Assembly (NCBI GenBank): GCA_014905635.1 | Contig: CM026547.1 | Coordinates: 3,410,001 to 3,474,000, forward strand | Source of the DNA: Scenedesmus sp. PABB004 | Taxonomy: Eukaryota | Length of the DNA: 64,000 nt | Direction: 5' to 3' | Shown: positions 13,633 through 28,221 of the stretch, one piece after another | Numbering within the stretch: the first letter of the stretch is position 1 | Layout: each line of letters begins with the position of its first letter | Translations under genes and position numbers: made by a program | The notes under the pieces: generated by a model | Databases searched by the model: none | The model's input: the letters and a program-made list of their open reading frames with translations, nothing else | What the model was told of the DNA's origin: nothing

Positions 13633-16600
13633 ATGGCGCACCGTGGCCACCACCGCGGCCTGCACCACGCCCAGCACCCGAGCGCCGCCGCGACCGACGC
13701 GTCGGGCTGGGTCGAGTCGATCGGCGCGCTGAGCGACCAGCACCCCGCGACCGCGCTCCTGCTGGGCAGCCCGCCCGCGACGACGGCGCTGGGCACGCCC
13801 GCGCCCGCGGCCGGCGGTGCCGCCGCGGCGCCCGCGCCCGGCGCGGCTGCGGGCGCGGCCGCGGGCGCGGCCGCCGGCGGCGCCGGCGCCGGCGCCGGGG
13901 GCTCGCCGGCGCTGAGCGCCGAGGCCGCGTTTGACGACGCGCTGGAGCACGGCCTCGCGTGCATGATGGCAGAGGTGACCGCGGTCGGCGAGGTGCTGCT
14001 CGAGGCGGGCGCGCCGCACGGCTGGGGCCCCAGCCGCCTCGACGAGGGCCAGCTGGAGCGCCTGCTGGCCGCCATGACGGCCGCGGCCGACGCGGGCGGC
14101 GCCGACCTCACCGTGCTGCGCCGCGGCAAGGCGGAGGTGCCCGCCGAGGGTGAGCGGCGCGCAGCACGGGGCCGGCAGCGGCAGGGGCGCGGCCGGCCGG
14201 CTGCGCGCGCCGCGCTGGGGGGGGCCTGGGCCGAGCCGCTGCCGCGCCGCGCCGCGCGCAGGCGGCGTGGGCGTGTCGTGCACCGCCGACGTGCTGGTCC
14301 GGCGCCGGCCCGGGCCCGACGCGCCCGCGCTGGAGGTGCGCGTGGCCGTGGTGGGCAACGTGGACAGCGGCAAGTCGACGCTCGTCGGCGTGCTCACGCG
14401 CTCCATGCTCGACGACGGCCGCGGCCTCGCGCGCGGCAAGGTGCGCGCCGCCGCCGCCGGCGCCGTGGCGGGGCGCGGGCGCGCCAGCGGCAGCAGCCGC
14501 GCCGGCGCCGTCGCCGCGCCGAGCGCGCGGCCCCGGCGCGGCGCGCAGGTGTTCAAGCACGCGCACGAGGAGTCGACGGGGCGCACGAGCAGCATCGGGC
14601 AGCACAACCTGTGCCTCGACAGCAAGGGCGCCATCCTCAACGACGCCCAGTTCCGGCCCACCAACTGCGGCGACTACGTGCGCCACGCGAGCAAGGTCGT
14701 CACGCTCGTCGACCTCGCGGGTGCGCACCCCGCCTGCGCCGCCCACCCACCCGCCGCCGCCGTCCCGCCGCCCGCCGCCCGCCGCCTGCCGCCCCGCCGC
14801 CCGCCGCCCGCCCCCCCGCCGCCCACCGCCCGCCCGCCCGCCGCCGCCACCCACTGCCGCCGCCTGTCCCCCCTCCCCTATCCCTCCCCTCCCGTCGCTC
14901 AGGGCACGAGAAGTACTTTCGCACGACCGCGTACGGCCTGACCGGGCACATGCCCGACTACGCCTGCCTCATGCTCGGCGCAAACATGGGCGTCGTGGGC
15001 ATGTGCAAGGAGCACCTCGGCGTCGCGCTCGCTCTCAAGGTGCCCGTTTTCTTTGTCGTCACCAAGGTCGACATCTGCCCAGAGCACGTGCTCAAGCACA
15101 CCGTGCAGGCGCGGCGCGACGCGCGGCGCAGCGCGCGGCACGCGTGGCGCGGGCCCGCGCGCCCCGGGGCGCGCGCCCGCGGGCTGCACTGCACCGCGCG
15201 TGCGTGCCGACTGCCGCCACCGCGCGCGCGTGCTGGCCCCTCCCCCGCGCGGCGCGCGCAGAGCCTGGCGGCGATCCTGAAGAAGCCGGGCGTGCGCAAG
15301 AAGCCCTACCTGGTGCGCGGGCGGGACGAGGTGCTCGTCGCGGCGCGGCACATCACGTCAGACTCGCTCGCGCCAATCTTCCTCACCTCCGCCGTCACGG
15401 GTGTGTGCCGCTGCGGCTGCGCTGCCCCGCGCACGCCCTCCTCTCTCCCCACCGCCGCCACCACTCATTCACACACACCCGCACTCTCACGTGCACGCGC
15501 TCGCACACGTGCCGTCCCGCTGGTCCAGGCAAGGGCCTCGACCTGGTGCGCCTCTTCTACAGCCTGCTGCCGCAGCGCACGCGCTGGGCCGACGCGCGGC
15601 GCGAGGCGGCAGAGTTCATCATCGACGAGACCTTTGCCGTGCCGGGTGTGGGCACCGTCGTCGCGGGTGATTCCCACGCACGCGCGCGCGGCGCCGCCGC
15701 CGCCGCGGGAGCCGCCGCCTGCGCCGGTGGCGCGCTGGGGCCTGCCGCCCCGCGCGCGCCGACGCCGCGCCGACGCCGCGCCGCGCCGCGCGCGTGCGTT
15801 GGGCGCAGGCACGGTGAAGCGCGGCGTAATCGGGTCCAACACGCAGCTGCTGCTCGGCCCCGACATCGGCGACGGCAGCTTCAAGCCCGTGGCGGTCAAG
15901 TCGATTCACTACAAGCGCCTCCCCGTCACGCAGGCGCGCGCGCGGCCGCGCCGCCCAGCAGCCCCAGCGGCGGCCGAACCCCTCCGCGCGGCCGCGAATG
16001 CGCCGCGCTGGGGCGCGGCCGGACCGGACCCTCCGCCGCGCTGCGCCGCGCGCCGCAGGCGGTCGCAGGCCAGACGGCGGCGCTGGCGCTGAAAAAGGTC
16101 AAGCGCGCGCAGGTGCGCAAGGGCATGGTGCTCGTGGACGCGCGGCTCGCGCCGTCGGCGAGCTGGGAGTTCACCGCGGACATCGCCATCCTCACGCACA
16201 GGTGCGCCCGCCCTGCTCGCCCCCGCCACGCGCCCCGCCGCCTCGCTCCCCCGCCTCTCCCTTTGCTCCCCCCTCAATTGCCTTCTCCCTCCCTCCCCCC
16301 TCACCTCACCTCGCCCCACCTCCCCTTCCCGCTCACTCGCCCGGGGCGCAGCACCACCATCCAGCCCCGCTACCAGGCGGTCATCCACTGCGAGATCATC
16401 CGCCAGGCCGCGCGCGTGGTGGCCATGGACACGCAGCGCCTGCGCTCCGGCGACAGGCGAGGCCGCCGCCCCGCGCGCGCTCGCGCGCCCGACGCTGGCC
16501 CGCCGCCGCCGCCGCCGCGGCGCTGCGCTGACCGCGCGCCGCCGCCGCCGCTGCCCGGGGCGTTGTGTGCCGCGCGCAGGGCGTGCGTGCGCTTCCGCTT

Positions 16601-16715
16601 CCTGCAGCGCCCCGAGTACATAACGCCGGGCACCCGGTTTGTGTTTCGCGAGGGCCGCACCAAGGGCATCGGCGTCATCGTGGGCAGCGAGGCGGGCGAG
16701 CTGCCGGAGGCCTGA
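13633..16715 (+). CDS. GTPBP2: GTP-binding protein GTPBP1/GTPBP2 (translational GTPase family)
   Basis: Ten exons. G1 [19 protein letters not shown]3 DLAGHEKY, G4 TKVD, G5 TSAV, C-terminal [10 protein letters not shown]. Three GC-donor introns. GTPBP1 versus GTPBP2 is not resolved. Confidence 0.93.
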
Positions 16716-16826
16716 CGCGAGCGCCGGCCGATCGCCAGCGCCAGGGAGCCTGCTGCCGAAGGGGCGCAGAGTTGCTGGCAGAGGGGGGCGGCGGGACGGG
16801 GGTTGGCTGGCTGGCGCACGTTGGGC

Positions 16827-16855
16827 TTACATGCGTCAAAGTGTAGCGAGTGTAA
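16827..16855. terminator. Opposed TGTAA signals of convergent genes (minus 16831-16827; plus 16851-16855)
   Basis: ttaca and tgtaa seen between the GTPBP stop (16715) and the RIOX1 stop (17121). Confidence 0.6.
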
Positions 16856-17120
16856 CAAGAGCCTGCTGAGCGCGCCGGGGCGGGCAGCCGGGAGCTGGCG
16901 GCGACGGCGACGCAGAGGGCATCGCCGCGCGCCGCCCGCCCCCGGCCGGCGCGCTCGGCCGCGCGCGGGGCGAGCCTGCGCCCGCCAAGCCCGAATGCCC
17001 TCAAATCTCACAGCGCGCCGCACAACCTGCGCGGCCACCCGCGGCGGCCAAGGTCGGGGCTCCCCCGTCACGCCTCGGCGCCGCGGCGCGGCGTCATGCG
17101 TTGTTCGTGTCGCCGCCGGC

Positions 17121-19793
<2,673 letters not shown>

Positions 19794-20090
19794 GGCGGTG
19801 TCGCTGCTGGTGCGAACGGTCCCTGTGACGCGCGGGGAGTGCGCGCCAGGGCCGCGCGCCCGCGACCGCGACCGCCAGGCCGCGACCTGCTGCTTGAGCC
19901 CGCGCGCTCGCCTGGCGGGCGCCTGCCGGCGACGTGCGCCTCACGCAGCGACGGAAGCGTCACCCGCCCGTCCTCCCGGGCACGCCTGCAGCCGCCGCTC
20001 GAGGGCGCCTTGGCGCGCAGCCCTCCGCTCGACGCCACCGCGCGCCAACGCGCTGCCAGATCGCGGCCACGCGCGCCCGGAGCCAGCGCC

Positions 20091-22507
20091 ATGGCGTCGG
20101 ACGGGCTGGCGGCGGCCCTGCGCAGCGCAGACATCAGCGCGGAGGTGCGCCGCGCGGCGCGGCCGCGCCGCCTCGCGCAGGCCCCGCGGCGCGCCGGCCC
20201 GGCGCCCGATCCCCCGCCCGGGCGCAGCTGCGCCGCTGCGGCCGGCGCCGCCGCCGCTGCGCGGCCCGCCCAGCGCGGCGCGGCGCGGCCGCAACGGGCG
20301 CCGCTGCCGGGCGTTGACCAGGAGGGCGAGGCGTTCCAGGCGCGCCTGAAGGACCCCGAGTTCATGCGCCTGTTCGAGGAGTACGCCAAGGACCTCGCCG
20401 CGCCAGAGGTGCGCCGCGCGCCCGCTGCTTGCGCGCCACCGCCAGGCTGCCGCGGCCGCTGCCGTCGTGCGACGCGCCGCCGCCGCCGCGCCCAGGCGCG
20501 CGCGGAGAGCGACGCCTACCTGCGGCAGCTGGAGGCGCAGGGCCAGCTGCAGAGCGTGTACGGCGCGGGCGTGCGGCTGATCCAGCCGCGGCCGGGGCTC
20601 GTGGTCAAGACGCGCGACGCCGCAGGCGGCGGCGCGGCGCGCGTGTACGTCAACGTCTGCACCTCCGACCAGGTCGCGCCGCCCAGCAAGACGCCCGCGG
20701 GCGAGGGCGGCCGCGGCGGCGTGAGCCTGTGCGTGCCCATGGTCATGGCGCCCAAGGCCAGGGACGGCGCCGCGCGCGACAGCGGCCCGCTGCGCGTGTG
20801 GGACCTCGCGGTGCACCCCGACGCGCTCGCCGACGCGGACGCCAACCCGCGCGCCAAGGCGGCGCTGGTCGAGATGGTACGGCGCTTGCAGGACCCCGCC
20901 GCGCGCGGCGGCGGTGCCCGCCGGCGGCGCCCGCCGGCGGACTGGCCCGCGCGGCGCGGCGCCGCGCGCGCGAGGTCGCCCGCGGCCGCCGTGCGCGCAG
21001 GCGCTGGAGCGCGTCGAGGAGGTGGGCGGTGGCAAGCTGCTGCGCTCGTACAAGCTGCCCAGGCTCAAGTTCAAGGCCGCGGCGGGCGAGGAGGGGTGCG
21101 CGCGCCCGCGCCTGCGCGCCGCGCGTCGCCGCGCGGACACGCGTCTCCGCCAGCGCTGAGCGGCCCCCGCCGCGCGCGAGTGCAGGCCGTCGGTGATGAC
21201 GCTGCGCACAGGCGAGGGCGGCGAGGTGGTGGACGGCCGGCTGCGGCCCGCGCCCGGGCGCAGGCGGGCGCCGTCGCGCAGGTGGCCGCGGCCGCCAGGC
21301 CCGCCAGCAGCCGGAGCAGCTTCCGCTTCGCGCCCCGCCGGCCGGCCAGCCGGGCGCAGGTGGGCGGCGCGGCTTCCCGGCAGCAGAGCGCCGGCCTGCA
21401 GCGCGCTGCAGGCGGCGGGGCGGCCGGGCGCGCAGCGGCGGCCGGCGCGCGCGGCGGCGGCGGCGGCCGGGCGCGCGCGGCGGCAGGGGCGGACGCTCGC
21501 TGAGGGCGGCCCGCCGCCCGGTCCGCGCCGCAGCCCCAGGCCGCGCCCGCCGACCCCAGCAAGCCCGGATTCAGGCACGCGTGCGGCGCGGTCACGCCGG
21601 AGTGGACGCTGTCGGAGCAGTGCAAAGTGGACCTCGGGCAGACGTGGCGGGACACCGGCCGCGCGCTCAAGCCGGGCAGCACCGTGCCCGAGGTGCGTGG
21701 TCCGGGGGGGGGGGGGACCGAGCGCCGGCGGTGATGCGGTGCTGCGCGGCGCGCGCACGCCCCGCGCGCGCCCACGCACCCGCCGCCCGCCCCCTGGCGC
21801 AGGCGCTGGTCGTGCGGGTGCTGCTCCCGGGCGTGGCGAGCTCGGCGGCCGTGCAGCTGGACGCCGCGGCCGACGGCGTGGAGGTGGCGGTGCCGGGGCG
21901 CTTCCTGCTCAGGCTGGCGCTCAGGCGCGCTGTGCTGCCGCAGCGCGGTGTCGCCAAGTTTGACAGCGCAAAGCACCAGCTCACGCTGACGCTGCCCGTG
22001 GTGCAGCCCGCACCAGAGGAGCCGGAGTGCCCGCCCGCTGAGCAGCCCGGCGGCGCCGCGGCGGCGGGCGAGCAGGGCGGCGCGGCGGCGGGCGAGCAGG
22101 ACGGAGCGGCGGCAGGCGAGCCGGACGGCGCGGCGAGCGAGCAGGACGGCGCGGCGGCGGGCGAGCAGGAGGGCGCGCAGGCAGAGCCGCCGCTCGTGCA
22201 GCTGCCGCCCGACGGCGCCGGCGACGTGGAGGGCGCTGCGCTCGAGCGCGGCGGCGAGGCGCCCCCGCCTCACGCCGCCGCCGCCGCCGCCGCCGCCGAG
22301 AAGACGGCCAACCAGCTGCTCTGGGAGGAGGTGCACGGCGCGCCGGACAGCCAGGCCAGGCAGCCGGACCAGCTGGCTGTGGCGGCGGGCGGCGGCGAGG
22401 TCGCAGCTGCCAAGGCGGCCAGCGCCGTGCCGCGGCCGGCGCCGGCGCCGGTGGTGCTGAAGCTGCGCCTGCTGAGCGGGCAGGTGCGCGCCGCCGACCT
22501 GGACTGA
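20091..22507 (+). CDS. DNAAF2: Kintoun/PF13 (DNAAF2) PIH1-domain axonemal dynein preassembly factor
   Basis: AFQARLKDPEFMRLFEEYAKDLAAPE, LIQPRPGLVVKT, VYVNVCTSD, VWDLAVHPD (PIH1); CS domain LVVRVLLPGV...AKFDSAKHQLTLTLPV. Exon structure around 21230-21530 is ambiguous. Confidence 0.85.
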
Positions 22508-22630
22508 CGCGCGGCCGGCGCTGGGGCGTGCGGCGGACGGGTCTTGTTGTGAACGGGGTTACCAGCGTCAACGCGTGACCCCGACCCCGGATGCAGCCAT
22601 GCACGCCAGCCGACCCCGCCCGCACCTAGT

Positions 22631-22635
22631 TTACA
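22631..22635 (-). terminator. TGTAA polyadenylation signal (candidate, COX5C)
   Basis: ttaca on plus strand, downstream of the COX5C stop. Confidence 0.55.
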
Positions 22636-23170
22636 AGCCTCGCCGGTGCCCGTGGCCCGTGCGTCAGTCCTCCTCCCGTGCGGGGCGGCTGCCACGGCGC
22701 CTGCGAGCCGCCGAGCAGCGGCTCGGCGTGCTCCAGCCGGCAGCGCTGGGGCTGCGGCAGCTGCCGATGCTGCTGCCCTCGCCGTCGCCCCACCTGCGCG
22801 CCCCTGCCTGCGCACGCCGCCGCCGCCGCCGCCGTCGCCGCGCCTGCGCGCGCCGTGGTGATCGGCGCGGCCGCCGCCGTCGCGCCTGCTGCTGCGTCGC
22901 CGCGCTGCGCGGGCGCGTGCGACCTCCTCGTCTTCGCCCAGCTCCGCCGCCAGCAGCGCGGTGGCCATCGTGCCAGAGTTGAGCCGCGACGACGGGCGGG
23001 GCAGCGCGCTGCCGCTCGCGAGCAGCTCCTCACAGCTGCAGGGAGCCCCCGCCGTGCGGCCGCCGCTGCTGCTGCTGCTGCTGCGACCGCGCGCCGCCGC
23101 CCCGCTCGCACGCTGCTGCCGCCGCCGCGCGCGTGCGCGTGCACGTCGCGCCGCGGCGCCGCGGGGCCGC

Positions 23171-23619
23171 TCAGGCCATGAGCTCCTCCTCCAGCACCTT
23201 GAGCTTCTCGCGCAGCTCCGCCGTGTACGCCGCCTCGTCGGCCTTCTCCTTCTTGTACAGCTCCGAGTAGTAGCTCGCGAGGCGGCGCTTCTCACCCCAG
23301 TGCCAGGACTGCTCGCCGCGCAGGCGGGGGCGGCGTCGGCGCGGCGGCGCGCGGCGGCGCGGCCGCGGCGGGCGCGGCAATGTGGGCTGCTGCCGCCGTG
23401 CCGCCCCGCGCCGCGCGGCCCCGGCGCGGCCCTGCGGCGCGTGCCCGCGGCGCCCGGGCGTCCCACCTTCCACACCAGGCCCAGGGCGATGCCCAGGGAG
23501 CTGCCGATGGCGATTTCCCGGATGAGGTTGAAGCGCCCCGCGTTGATGGGGCCCTTGGGCACGAACACCTGCTCCGCGTAGATTGCCTTGGCCGCCGTGG
23601 CCGCCGCCTTGCTCGCCAT
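23171..23619 (-). CDS. COX5C: Cytochrome c oxidase subunit 5c (plant/algal type)
   Basis: Two exons giving LIREIAIGSSLGIALGLVWK|SWHWGEKRRLASYY, matching the recalled plant COX5C pattern (G-rich TM helix then WKxxHW). Confidence 0.82.
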
Positions 23620-24062
23620 GGCTGGGGCGCGCCGCGGCCCGGGGCTGCTGCTCCGCGCCGATCTCAGCAGCCGGCGTGGGGCCGCGCCGGGCGGTCGGGT
23701 GCGCTGCGGGGGCGTCTGGCGCGGAGGAGTCGCCGGCGCGGGCGGGCGGCGCAGGGAGAGCCGGGGAGGCGGGCGGGCGGCGGCGAGCTGCCTGCGCTTC
23801 TGCGCGGGCCCGGACCGCGCCCGCGCCGGAGTGCGCCGGGGCCGTGGCGGCGGCGGCGGCCAGCGGGAGGAGGGCGGAGCGCGTCGCCGCCGCCGCCGCC
23901 GCGCGCCGCCGCCCCCGCCGCCGCCGCCGCGCGCTGCCGGGTCGCGCGCCGCTGCCGTCGTGGCAAGCCGGGGACGGGCGCGCGAACGAGTTACTGGGGC
24001 AACGAGCGAAGATGAGACCGGCTCACTCAACACGTGCAACACACCATCGCCCGCTCAGTCAG

Positions 24063-25897
24063 TCAGTCTGCGTCCCCGCGTCCGCCGTGCCACCGGGCAG
24101 CACGAGCACCACGCGCACGGCCGCGCCCTGCTGCGCGGGCGCGGCTGCGGGCTGCGGCTGCTCCCCGGCCCCTCCTGCTCCCCGCCCCCTGCGTTGGGCG
24201 CGCCGGGCGCGGCTGCTGCGGCGGCGTGGCCACGCCGGGGGCGTCGCGCGCGCCAGGCGTGCCTGGCGCGTCGTCGGCCGCCTCCGCCGGCGGCTCTGCC
24301 GCCTCCGCTGCCGAGGCAGCAGGCTTGGCCAGCTCCGCCGGCTCCGCCCCCTCGACCAGCTCCGCCCCCTCGACCAGCTCCGCCGGCTCGGTCAGCTCCG
24401 CCGGCGCGTCTGGCTCGGCGAGCCCAGCCGCGTCCGCCGCGGCGGGCTCGGCCGGCTCGGCGCCGCCGCCCAGGCCCGCGAGCGCGCCGCGCACGACCGC
24501 GTCGCCCAGCTCCATGCTCGCGTTGACGCCGGCCGAGTGGCACGCCTGCACCGCGTCCAGGAGCTGGATCGTGGCCGCGGTCAGGCGCTTGCGCACGGCG
24601 CGCAGCTCGGCGCCGCTGCACGGCGTCGCGTCGAGCTTTAGCAGCGCGCGCATGGCCAGCTCGTTCAGCTCCAGATACTGCGCGTGGCTCAGATGGCAGC
24701 ACGGCGCCGCCTGGGCCTCGCCGGCAGAGTCGCCGCGCTCGCGCTCCGCCGCGCCGGGCCGGCCGCCGCCGGGCTCGGCGGCGGCGCAGCGGTCAAAGAG
24801 CGCCGTCGCGGCGCGCAGCTGCGCCGCCGCCTCGCCGAGCGCCCTGAGCGCGGGGCGCTGGCGCGCGAGGCGGCGCATGCGCCAGATGCTCTGGCACACC
24901 GTCGCTGCCTCGTCGGGGGTCAGCCGGCGCGCCGGCTGCTGCTCGGCCACGCCGTCAGCGCGGCCGCCCCCAGCGGGAGCTGCGTCGGAGGCTGCGGATG
25001 CAGCTGGGGCAGGCGGCATGCGGCGCACCGGCACCGCCAGGGGCACTGACGCGCCGTCGGCCGCCGCACACGCGACCTGCACGGGCACGGCGTGGCCGCC
25101 GCCGCCGCCGCCGCCGCCGCGCACGGGCGCGGGCGTGGGCGCCTGGGCGCCCGGCGCAAAGGGCGACGCCTGCCGCGGCGGCGCCGGGGCGGGTGCCTGC
25201 CGCGCTGCCGGCGCGGGGGCGCGCTGGCCCGCCACGCCGGCGGCCGCGCGCGGCGCGGCGTGGCGCGGCTGCTGCGCCGGCTGCTGCTGCTGCTGCACGG
25301 GGTGGTCTGCCTCGTCGTAGCGGTCGGCGGCGCCATCGTAGGCGCAGTCGCTGCGCCGCGCGGCGTGGCGGCAGCACGGCGACGCGCCGCGCGCGCGCGC
25401 CTGCGCCGGCGCCACCGCCGCGCCGTACGGCCAGCCGCCGCGCGCTCGCATCAGGTCCTCGGCGGCGTGGGGAGCGTAGTAGTAGTGACACGGCGCCGGC
25501 GCGGCGCGGCGCGGCGGGCAGGTCGGCCGCGCGGCGTGGCGCCAGGCCCTGCGGGCGGCGGCGAGCGGCGGCGCGCGGGATGAGCCAGGCCGCGGCGGCG
25601 CGCGTGTACCTCGCAGGCCGGGCCCCGTGCCGGCCCCCGGCGGCGGCGCGCAGGCTGCAAGGGCGGCGCCGCGGCCGCGCGGCGCGCGGGTGCCCACCTG
25701 CGCAGCGCCGCCTCCTCCTCGGCCCGGCAGGCGGCACAGGCGCACGGGGGCTCCTCGTCGGCCGGCGGCGGCGGCGCCGCCCAGAAGAGCGGCTCCTCCC
25801 GCGCGTCGAGCACCGCCGCGGGCTCGCGAGGCACGAAATAGGCGCCGCCGCCCGCCCAGGGGTCGGCCCAGGGCGCGTAAACCGGGCGCAGGAACAT
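24063..25897 (-). CDS. IQ-motif plus BAG-domain co-chaperone (plant BAG5/6-like)
   Basis: Two exons (GT donor ~25697, acceptor ~25549). IQ-like AATVCQSIWRMRRLAR followed by BAG-like LNELAMRALLKLDA...LRAVRKRLTAATIQLLDAV; acidic Ala/Glu/Pro tail. Confidence 0.7.
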
Positions 25898-26064
25898 GGC
25901 GGGGCGGGCCACGACGACGAGGGGAGAGAGGGGGCTCTCGGTCGGCGTGCGTGGACGCGTTCCGGCGCTGCCAGTGGTCGCGGTGGAAGCGCAGTAGTGC
26001 GAGGGAGAACTGGAGCTTTGAGACGGGAAGCGCAGTAGTGTTTTCGCGGGAGCGGCGGACGATG

Positions 26065-26100
26065 CCTCGCGAAACTTCGAGTCCCGACGGCTCCAGAAGG
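26065..26100. promoter_or_regulatory. Heat-shock-element-like array upstream of the BAG gene
   Basis: CTCgcGAAacTTCgaGTC plus CTCcaGAA, about 170-200 nt upstream of the ATG. Confidence 0.5.
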
Positions 26101-26556
26101 CCCGCGTGCACGCGGCGCAGCGCTCGTTGGCGCGAAAAATCCGTCACACACGCGCACGAGCGCGCTGCGTGCTCGCGCGCGGCAACTCACGCTGCCGCGC
26201 CGCCGTCCGTCGCCGCTCGCCCCGCTGCCCCCTCGGCGCCCGGCGCGCCGCCCACTTCTTCTTCGCGCTGCCGCTGCCGCCCGCTCCCAAGTCGATGTCA
26301 GTGTCAGTGCCCCCCCTAGCGCGCGCCATGGAAAAAACTGCGCGCCGAATCCGGGCGGCCGCCCACGCGCCGCCGCACTGGGGCGCGGCGGTCGCTGCAC
26401 CCGGGGACGCACGCCCGCTGCTGCGCCGCGCGCGCGCGGCCTCTCTCCTCGCGCCCCGCTGCGCGCGCCGGCGGGCGCCGCGCCGGCGCCCCCGCGCGGT
26501 TCGCGTCGGCGCCGGCGCCCCCGCGCGGTTTGCCGGCGGGCCGTTGGCCCGCAGGC

Positions 26557-27343
26557 TCACCGGTAGACGCTGGTGTCGATGAGGCCCGTCGCGATGGCGA
26601 TGAGCAGCAGCACAAACGGCAGGAAGATGGCGGTGAGGCCGATGATGGCCAGCGGGTCCTGCGGGGCGCCGGCGGCCCGCGGCGCGCGTCGGCCAGCCGC
26701 TGGCGCGCACGTGCGTGCGCGCGCCCGCTGCGGCGGCCGCCCCCGCGCCGCCCCGGCGGCAGCGCTGGCACCTTGAGCGGGTTGGCGCCCTTGCGCTCGC
26801 TCTTGGACGACCAGTACCTGCGCGCGCGCGCGCGAGCACGCGGCGTCAACGGCCCGGCCGCGCGCCGCGCACGCTGCCTGCCGCGGCCGGCTGCTGCCGC
26901 TGGCGCTGGCGCCCTGCGCCGCCGCCGTCCCGCCAGCAGCCGCACTCACTCCTCGGGCTCCTCCTCGCGCGTCAGAATCTTCTTGTCGCTGCCGCCTGCG
27001 CAGCGGCGGCGGCGGTCCGCCGTCGGCGCGCTGGCAGCGCGCTGCTGCCGGCCCGCCGTTGCTGCCCCGCCAATGCGCTGCGGCGGCACCCCGCATTTCC
27101 GCGTCGCTTCACGCAAATGAGGCGCCGCGGCACGGGCGGGCCAGCACGGCGCGCCGCGGCGCGGCGCGCGGCGGCGGCGCGCGGCGCCGGCCACACACCC
27201 TCCGTGGCGCGCGCCCACACGGCGCGCGGCGCGCGGCGGCTGACGAGCGGGCAGTTGAGGCCGCCAAACGCCGGCAGCGCGGCGCGCGGCGCGCTGCGGG
27301 CGGGCGCGACGCCGCTGCTGGCGCAGCGCGTGTTGAGGGCCAT
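26557..27343 (-). CDS. Small plastid-targeted single-TM protein (conserved green-lineage type, function unknown)
   Basis: Four exons. Transit peptide MALNTRCASS...VWARA, then KKILTREEEPEEYWSSKSERKGANPLKDPLAIIGLTAIFLPFVLLLIAIATGLIDTSVYR. All three GT-AG junctions keep frame. Confidence 0.82.
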
Positions 27344-27383
27344 CGCGTGCCGCCGAGGAGGGGATACGGGGGGCGCGGGGTGG

Positions 27384-27649
27384 CGCGGGGGAGGCGTGCC
27401 AGTGCGCGCCGCCCGCCCGCAGTGGCGCAGCAGACGCCGGGCTGCCCGGGGAGCGGGCCGGGCGCGGCGCCTGGCCAGTGCCCGCCTCCGCGCGTCGCAC
27501 TGGCCCCGCCCCGCCCGGCCCCGTGCCCCACACACGCGCGCACCGACGCTCACGCGAACCGCGCAGCACCAGCGCACGGGCGGCCGCGGGCAGCGCGGGA
27601 GGGCGCGGCGCCATCAGCGGCGCAGCAGCGGCGGCCGCGGCGCTGGCTG
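27384..27649 (+). repeat. Copy A of ~270-bp inverted duplication (divergent promoter/5' UTR)
   Basis: Near-identical to the reverse complement of 29725-29994. Confidence 0.93.
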
Positions 27650-27792
27650 GCTGCAGCTCCGCCCAGGCCGGCTGCAGCAGCACCGCGTCGGCCCAGGAAC
27701 CTCCGCCCCCGCGGCGTGCGGCAGCGCTGAGCGCAGCGGCCGGCACCAGCGGCGGGCGGCAGCGGCGGCGGCGGGCGGGCCCTCCGGCGGCC

Positions 27793-28221
27793 ATGGGGCA
27801 GGACGCGGCGATCCGCACCTTCTTCGTGACGCTGCGCCGCAGCGGCGCGGGCAAGCCCTGGTTCCACCGCAAGGTGCTCGAGGGCCTGGGCCTGCGCCGG
27901 CGGCTCGCGTGCGTGGAGAAGCCAAACAACCCCGTCATCCGCGGCATGCTGCGCCGCGTGGCGCACCTGGTGGTGGTCGAGACCGACCAGATGTACTACA
28001 ACCGCAAGCTCGCCGAGTTTGAGGCGACCAAGCTGCGCCCGCCGGTCACGATCCGGCACGACCTGCCGCCGGGCTTTGCGGCGGGGCCGGCGATGAGTGG
28101 GCGCGAGTGGGGCAGCGAACGCAGCGGCGGCGGCGGGAGCAGCAGCGAAAGCAGCGGCGGAGGGAGCAGCGGCAGCAGCGGGAGCAGCAGCGGCAGCAGC
28201 AGCCACCACGCCGGCAGCTGA
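27793..28221 (+). CDS. MRPL30: Ribosomal protein uL30 (organellar, probably mitochondrial), intronless
   Basis: FFVTLRRSGAGKPWFHRKVLEGLGLRRRLACVEKPNNPVIRGMLRRVAHLVVVE is a typical L30 pattern; Ser/Gly tail. The true start could lie upstream. Confidence 0.88.
   Translation: MGQDAAIRTFFVTLRRSGAGKPWFHRKVLEGLGLRRRLACVEKPNNPVIRGMLRRVAHLVVVETDQMYYNRKLAEFEATKLRPPVTIRHDLPPGFAAGPAMSGREWGSERSGGGGSSSESSGGGSSGSSGSSSGSSSHHAGS

Noticed and set aside
22630..22970. ORF MATALLAAELGEDEEV... downstream of COX5C
   Set aside because: Quickly becomes low-complexity and runs antisense into Kintoun; lies before the COX5C TGTAA, so probably 3' UTR.
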